From contig CAVXTW010000015.1 of the NCBI GenBank assembly GCA_963764695.1, forward strand, positions 157,845-221,844: DNA of 64,000 nt, written 5' to 3'. The notes beneath the pieces are model-generated. The model did no database searches, was not told the DNA's origin, and saw only the letters and a program-made list of their open reading frames with translations. This document shows, in pieces, positions 59,287 to 64,000 of the stretch. Numbering within the stretch: the first letter of the stretch is position 1; the number at the start of each line of letters is the position of its first letter. Made by a program: the position numbers and the translations under genes. This stretch comes from an uncultured delta proteobacterium (GTDB lineage Bacteria; Myxococcota_A; Polyangia; Haliangiales; Haliangiaceae).

Positions 59287-61721
59287 GTCGGAAGAAGAGG
59301 CGGGAGGGCGGGGAGGCCTCGCTGTCGGCTGGGGCCGCTGACGTGTCCGAACAGGTGACAGGCAGCGGGCAACAGGAAACAGGCATCGGGCGACGGGACC
59401 TCGGGTGGCGCGGGCGCGTGGCCTCGGTGTGGTCGCATCCGCCCGGGCCCGAGCTTGCTGTCTTCGCGGTCGCGACTGCTGTATACGCCGTCATGGCCGG
59501 CGGTGGGGTGGCGTGGATGGATGCCGGCGAGCTCAGCGCGGCGGCCTTCACGCTGGGCGGGGCGCATCCGCCCGGGCACCCGGTGCACACGCTGCTCGGC
59601 AAGCTGGCGTCGCTGCTGCCGGTCGGCGAGATCGGGTTTCGCATCGCCCTGGTGAGCGCGGTCGGCATGGCGGCGGCGCTGGCCGGTGTGGTCGCGCTGG
59701 CCCGGCGGCTGGCGCCGGAGCGCGATGCCGGGCGGGCGGCCGGAATTGTCGGCGCCGCGCTGGCCGGGCTCGCGCCGCCGGCCATGGCCAACGCCACGCG
59801 CGCCGAGGTGTACGGGCCGACCGCCGCGCTGCTCGTCTGGTCGCTGGTCGCCGTCCTCGATTTCGCGCGGGCGCCGGCCGGCGAGCGCCAGGGGCGCCTG
59901 TTGCTCGCCGCGGCCTTCGGCTGTGCCCTGGCCGCCGCGATCCATCCGGTCATCGCCGCGGCCGCCGCGCTGCCGATGGCGATCACCGCGTCCGCGACCG
60001 CGCGGCGACGGCTGATCCGCCTCGCGCCGCCCGCGATCCTGCTGGGCGTCCTGGCCCTGGCGGCCTACGCGTACCTGCCGGTGCGCGCGACGGCCGGCGA
60101 TCGCGCGCTGCTTGTGTGGGGCGAGCCGTCAACCGCGGACACCTTCTGGCGCCTCGTCACCGGCGCCGCGTACCAGGGCAACTTCTCGCTGGGCGGCACC
60201 GCGGAGCGATTCGCCGGGCTGTGGCCGATCGTCGGACAGGCGACCGGGCTCGGCGTGCTTCTTGGCGGCCTGGTCGGGCTCGGCTTCGGCGCGGTCACGC
60301 GGCTGCGCGGAGCCGGCACCGCGCTGGGGGTCGCTGTCGCCGTCGTGCTCGGCGCCAGCTTGCAGGGCCGGCTCAACCCCGACCTGCCCGGCTACGTGCT
60401 CACCGCGCTCCTGGTCCTGGCGGCGGGACTGGCGCCGCTCCTGGCCGCGGCGCTGCGCATGATGCCGGCCGAGCTGGCCGGACCGGGGCGGCGCGGCCGA
60501 CCGATCGCGATCGCGGTGGTGCTGGTGCCGGTCGCGGCCGCGGGTCTACTCGCCGCATCCGGCCCTGACCTGGACGCGGGCGACGATCCGACGCGCCTGT
60601 GGGCCGAGACCGTGGCCGTCATGCCGCCGGGCCCGGGTGTCTACTTCGCCGCCGGCGACCACGCGCTGTTCGCCGATCAGTACGAGCGGCTGGTCGCCGG
60701 CGGGCGCCCCGACATCGCGGTCGCCAACGAGCAGCTCTGCCGCGACGAGTGGTTCGTGCGCCACATCAAGCGCGCGCGACCCGAGCTGTACGTGCCCTTC
60801 CTCGACGACGGGCTGCGCGGCTCGATCGCCGATCGCATGGCGGTGTCGAACCTGCGCCGGGGCCGCCCGGTCGGCGGCGACGAGCCCGCGTTCGGCCGCC
60901 TGCAGAGCGCCAACGCGCGGCCGGTCGGCTTCGGCTACCAGTACCTGCTCGAGCCGGGCGACGCCAGGCGCGGCCAGGAGGCGCGGCCGCCCCCGGTCTT
61001 CCGCGGCGACATCGGCAGCCGCATCGCCGCGCTCATCGGCCTGGCCCGCGGCGACTACGAGCTGGCCCGCGGTCGCTTCGCCGCCGCCGCGCGCGCCGCC
61101 GGGCTCGACAGCGACCTGGGCGCAAAGAACATGGAGCGCCTGGAGGCCGCCCGGCCGCGCGGCGATCGCCCGCCCCTCATCGGCCTGTTGCCGCGGGTGA
61201 CCGGCTTCTTGCTGCACGAGCGCTGGCTCGACGAGCTTTTCGCCGACGAGCTGGCCTGGCGCGCCGGCATCGACGACGCGGGGCCGCCGCCCGAGTGGGC
61301 GCCGATCGAGCGCGTCCTGCATGCCCGCTGGCGATCGCTCCTGCGCGGGCAGATCGAGCCGGGCAGCGCCGCCATCCTCGATCTCGGCCCGGCCGCCGCC
61401 TCGTCCACCACCCGCCTCCTGGTCTCGGTCGGCCGCGACGCCGCCGTCGAGAAGCACCTGCGCGCCCTGCTCGAGCGCTACCCGCGCGACGCCGCGTCGA
61501 TGGCGCTGCTCGCCTCGCTCCTGTTCAACCGCGGCGACCTGGCGGAGTCGGAGAAGCTGTTCCGCGCCTCGATCGCGCAGGCCCCGCGCGTCGCCGAGAC
61601 CCACGCCCGCTTCAGCACCGTGCTGTCCCGCCAGGGCAAGCACGACGAGGCCAAGAAGGAGTGGCAGGTGGCGCGCAGCCTCGATCCGTCCCTGCCGGAG
61701 ACCCCGCCGGCCGCGCCCTGA
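59283..61721 (+). CDS. DUF2723/TMEM260-like (GT39-like) polytopic membrane protein with C-terminal TPR repeats
   Basis: The GTG start overlaps the upstream stop. The N-terminal half has 11 or more TM helices and an MDAGELSAAAFTLGGAHPPGHPV loop typical of DUF2723 glycosyltransferase-like proteins. The C-terminus carries TPR motifs (LLASLLFNRGDLAESEKLFRASIAQAP, HARFSTVLSRQGKHDEAKKEW). Confidence 0.7.
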   Translation: MSRKKRREGGEASLSAGAADVSEQVTGSGQQETGIGRRDLGWRGRVASVWSHPPGPELAVFAVATAVYAVMAGGGVAWMDAGELSAAAFTLGGAHPPGHPVHTLLGKLASLLPVGEIGFRIALVSAVGMAAALAGVVALARRLAPERDAGRAAGIVGAALAGLAPPAMANATRAEVYGPTAALLVWSLVAVLDFARAPAGERQGRLLLAAAFGCALAAAIHPVIAAAAALPMAITASATARRRLIRLAPPAILLGVLALAAYAYLPVRATAGDRALLVWGEPSTADTFWRLVTGAAYQGNFSLGGTAERFAGLWPIVGQATGLGVLLGGLVGLGFGAVTRLRGAGTALGVAVAVVLGASLQGRLNPDLPGYVLTALLVLAAGLAPLLAAALRMMPAELAGPGRRGRPIAIAVVLVPVAAAGLLAASGPDLDAGDDPTRLWAETVAVMPPGPGVYFAAGDHALFADQYERLVAGGRPDIAVANEQLCRDEWFVRHIKRARPELYVPFLDDGLRGSIADRMAVSNLRRGRPVGGDEPAFGRLQSANARPVGFGYQYLLEPGDARRGQEARPPPVFRGDIGSRIAALIGLARGDYELARGRFAAAARAAGLDSDLGAKNMERLEAARPRGDRPPLIGLLPRVTGFLLHERWLDELFADELAWRAGIDDAGPPPEWAPIERVLHARWRSLLRGQIEPGSAAILDLGPAAASSTTRLLVSVGRDAAVEKHLRALLERYPRDAASMALLASLLFNRGDLAESEKLFRASIAQAPRVAETHARFSTVLSRQGKHDEAKKEWQVARSLDPSLPETPPAAP

Positions 61722-62372
61722 CTACTGGACCATGCCGACGACGTTGCGGGCCTGCCGCTGGATCTCGATCGAGTCGCGGATGCGCTCGAACAGCTGGCGC
61801 GAGGCGGGCAGGCCGACGATCTGGAGCATCGGCGTGGTCACGTCCGCGGTGTGGATCTCGATGTGGGCGATGCCCAGGATGCGGTCGAAGAACGACTGCA
61901 CGTAGCGCACGTCGCGGCAGCGCCACAGCTCGAGCACGTCGATCTTCTTGCTGAGCAGCCCGTACTCGCTCTCGATGTTCGAGGTGGTGACCCGGTAGAC
62001 GCGCGAGCGCCGCCACAGGTGAATGGCGAAGAAGGCGATCACGCCGATGGCCAGCGGGATGGCGACCGCCAGCGTCTCGGCCATCTGCGTCGCCTGCAGC
62101 TTGCGCGCGATCCACCAGGACACGAACGGGATGCCGATTGTCGCGATGGTGACCACCGCGTACTCGCCGAAGTACGCCCGCCACGACGGCGATCCGGCGT
62201 AGAGCACCTTGCGCTCCGGCGGCGCCGCATGGGCGGGCGCGTGCGCCGGCTGCAGCGGCGTGGCCGGCGCCTGGGCCTGCGCGGCGTGGGCCTGGTCGAG
62301 AAACGAGTTACAGAAGCGACACTTGATCGCCTCGTCCTGGATCTCTTCGGCGCAGAAGGGGCACTTTTTCAT
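61722..62372 (-). CDS. zinc-ribbon plus bacterial PH (YdbS/YdbT-like) domain membrane protein
   Basis: MKKCPFCAEEIQDEAIKCRFCNSF has a Cys4 ribbon. Two TM helices follow. The C-terminal motif YRVTTSNIESEYGLLSKKIDVLELWRCRDVRYVQSFFDRILGIAHIEI is typical of bPH_2 domains. Confidence 0.65.
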   Translation of the reverse strand: MKKCPFCAEEIQDEAIKCRFCNSFLDQAHAAQAQAPATPLQPAHAPAHAAPPERKVLYAGSPSWRAYFGEYAVVTIATIGIPFVSWWIARKLQATQMAETLAVAIPLAIGVIAFFAIHLWRRSRVYRVTTSNIESEYGLLSKKIDVLELWRCRDVRYVQSFFDRILGIAHIEIHTADVTTPMLQIVGLPASRQLFERIRDSIEIQRQARNVVGMVQ

Positions 62373-62384
62373 GGCCCCCTGAGG

Positions 62385-63512
62385 CTACATCCTGTAGCCG
62401 ACTCCGACCAGCATCTCGAAGCGCGTGACCGACTCGATGTCCTCGCGCAGCGGGCGCGACGGGCTGAACGAGAAGACCACCGGCTCGGCGTGAACCAGGA
62501 AGTTATTGGTGATCGCGTACTCGACGCCGAGCGCGCCGCGCACGTGGAAGAGCGCGATCGGACCGTCGGCGAAGTCGTTCATGTCGAGGAACGGATTGCC
62601 GGTCTCGGTGAGCCCGCTGAAGATGAGCGCTCCGAGCCCGGCCTCGGCGCGGCCCGACAGCCTGGGCAGGAACTCCATTCCAGCGCCGAGGTTTGCCATG
62701 AGCCCGGTCAACGCTGCCGTGCCGGAGCGCGGCGGGTCCGCGTTCTCCACCTCCCACGGGATCGGCGTGTACGTGACCAGGGCGCCCGGCTCGAGCACGA
62801 CCTGACCGAAGTAAAGCGGATGCGCGACGCCGGCGGTGATCGACACCAGCGTGCCGACGTCGAGGTTGCCCAGCGACGGGAAGCTCGGCCCGACCGCGAC
62901 CCGCAGCGCGAACAGGCGCGCCTGATCTGCGCCCGGCTCGACGGTGTCCTCGATCTCGCCGTCCTCCTCGACATCGCCCTCGTCGCCCGGGTCGCTCGCG
63001 TCGGCCACGTCGCGGCCCTCGGTTCCGGTGCCGGATCCGTTGCCGGTGTCACCGCCCTCCGCTTCGGGCGGCTGGGGAACGCCGCGACCGGATGTCGGCT
63101 GGCCGCCGGTCGGCTGCCCGGCGGTCGTCCCGCGGCCGCTCGCGGCTGGCTTGTCCTTGCACTTGCGCTCCAGGTCGGCGATGTAGCCGTCCACCTCGGA
63201 GCGGTTGGGCGCGTTCGGCTTCGTCGACAGGTAGCGGCGGTAGAAGAACGGTCCCTGCTCGCAGTCCCCCTTGTGGCGGTAGGCCTGCGCGATGTTGAAC
63301 AGGAACTCGGGCGCGTCGAAGGTCTCGTAGGCCTGCATCCAGAGCTCGATCGCCTGATCCCAGCGGCCGAGGTCGTACTGGATCTTGCCGCGGTCATACA
63401 GCTCGAGCGCCTTCTTCCGGTTGGTGGCCGGCTGCACCTGCGCCGCTGCAGGCGAGGCCACCGACAGGAGCAAGGCGCATGCGACGACGACGCTGCTCGA
63501 GCGGACGTTCAT
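62385..63512 (-). CDS. secreted TPR-like N-terminal domain fused to C-terminal outer-membrane beta-barrel domain (hypothetical)
   Basis: Signal peptide MNVRSSSVVVACALLLSVASPAAAQ. A TPR-like helix pair (KALELYDRGKIQYDLGRWDQAIELWMQAYE...NIAQAYRHKGDCEQ) is followed by an acidic Gly-rich linker. C-terminal alternating strands end in GVGYRM. Confidence 0.6.
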   Translation of the reverse strand: MNVRSSSVVVACALLLSVASPAAAQVQPATNRKKALELYDRGKIQYDLGRWDQAIELWMQAYETFDAPEFLFNIAQAYRHKGDCEQGPFFYRRYLSTKPNAPNRSEVDGYIADLERKCKDKPAASGRGTTAGQPTGGQPTSGRGVPQPPEAEGGDTGNGSGTGTEGRDVADASDPGDEGDVEEDGEIEDTVEPGADQARLFALRVAVGPSFPSLGNLDVGTLVSITAGVAHPLYFGQVVLEPGALVTYTPIPWEVENADPPRSGTAALTGLMANLGAGMEFLPRLSGRAEAGLGALIFSGLTETGNPFLDMNDFADGPIALFHVRGALGVEYAITNNFLVHAEPVVFSFSPSRPLREDIESVTRFEMLVGVGYRM

Positions 63513-63555
63513 GGCGGCCTGATTCTAGCCCGGACCGGCCGCGAATGCAGGGCGG

Positions 63556-64000
63556 CTACAGCTGTGGACGCAGGATGTCGTCGCCGACAGTCGTTCGGCC
63601 CTCACCCTTGTCGCCCTTGTCTCCCTTGTCGCCCCGATCCTTCTCGCCGCGTTCCCGCTCTTCCCTGCGGCGCCGCCGCCGCTCGCGGGCCTTGCTGTCG
63701 CTGTCGCTGCGGTCGCTCGTGGCCCGGTCGCCGTCCTTGTCGTCCTTGTCGTCCTTTTCGGGCGCCTCGACCGCGGTCAGGACCAGATCGAGGCCCCGGT
63801 TCTGGGTCGGCACCACCGTCTCGGCCTTGTCGGCGTAGCCGTCCGCCTTGAGCACGATCTGGACCGGCGTGTCGCCGCGCGACAGCTCGACCGTCATCGG
63901 GGTGATGCCGCGCGACTCGGCCTCGCCACCCACGAACACCCTGGCTCCGGCCGGCTTGGACTCCACGGCGATGGACACCTTCTCCGCGACCGGCTCGACC
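63556..64000 (-). CDS. PEGA domain protein, C-terminal part (gene start beyond window end)
   Basis: The PEGA motif VSIAVESKPAGARVFVGGEAESRGITPMTVELSRGDTPVQIVLKADGYAD is followed by a charged tail with GDKGDKGDKG, encoded by a 9-bp tandem repeat. The frame is still open at position 64000. Confidence 0.6.
   Translation of the reverse strand, partial: VEPVAEKVSIAVESKPAGARVFVGGEAESRGITPMTVELSRGDTPVQIVLKADGYADKAETVVPTQNRGLDLVLTAVEAPEKDDKDDKDGDRATSDRSDSDSKARERRRRRREERERGEKDRGDKGDKGDKGEGRTTVGDDILRPQL

Noticed and set aside
61719-61724. Zero-nucleotide spacing between convergent stop codons of the DUF2723 gene (TGA 61719-61721) and the PH-domain gene (61722-61724)
   Set aside because: Convergent abutting stops occur in compact high-GC genomes. 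Nothing in the sequence indicates a functional link.
63590-63660. 9-bp tandem repeats (CCCTTGTCGCC)x3, and the 36-bp repeats at 50791-50950, as possible CRISPR-like or noncoding arrays
   Set aside because: The repeats are in frame within well-supported coding sequence (GDKGDK tail of the PEGA protein; RRDTG repeats of the PilZ protein). They are too short and lack the unique spacers expected of CRISPR.

Overview
This is a roughly 70% GC chromosomal segment, almost fully coding on both strands. I infer a lipoprotein-rich deltaproteobacterium, Myxococcota-like, from the many lipobox signal peptides and the kelch, PKD, PEGA, TPR and PilZ proteins. I support about 60 protein genes, two tRNA genes and several regulatory or repeat sites; no rRNA, CRISPR array, integrase, transposase or phage genes were seen.

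In order along the window: a histidine phosphatase and an old yellow enzyme-type flavin oxidoreductase; a secreted S8 subtilase with propeptide, CARDB and PKD domains; a PAS-GGDEF diguanylate cyclase; a methyltransferase, two GNAT acetyltransferases and a glutathione S-transferase; a secreted Vps62/DUF946-like protein. A CusB/CusA-type heavy-metal RND pair follows, then a galactose-oxidase-like kelch protein, an SDR, and a sugar ABC transporter operon with a divergent ROK regulator and an AT-rich palindromic operator. Next come an AIM24 protein and an MFS transporter followed by a three-gene oxidative cluster (heme-oxygenase-like diiron enzyme, cupin, ABM monooxygenase); then a kelch lipoprotein, a metallophosphoesterase-OMP pair, a small Cys-rich secreted peptide and SerB. 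After these are several lipoproteins, a DUF1360 protein with an overlapping small ORF, a large signal-less S8 peptidase with an unknown 390-residue C-terminal region, an orphan antitoxin-like gene and an MBL hydrolase. tRNA-Asp and tRNA-Val follow with a shared terminator, then a hybrid histidine kinase and the housekeeping set lon, clpX, clpP and tig, which is interrupted by an OMP gene and a PilZ-domain gene. The window ends with an aldo-keto reductase, a hexapeptide acyltransferase, a DUF2723-TPR membrane protein, a zinc-ribbon PH-domain protein, a TPR-OMP protein and a truncated PEGA-domain gene.

The assembly appears to carry single-base indels: clpX is split by a clear +1 frameshift, and at least two other genes show the same pattern. 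The most novel candidates are the split SznF-like diiron-plus-cupin cluster, the cytoplasmic S8 protease with its small overlapping neighbour, and the small secreted Cys-rich peptide.
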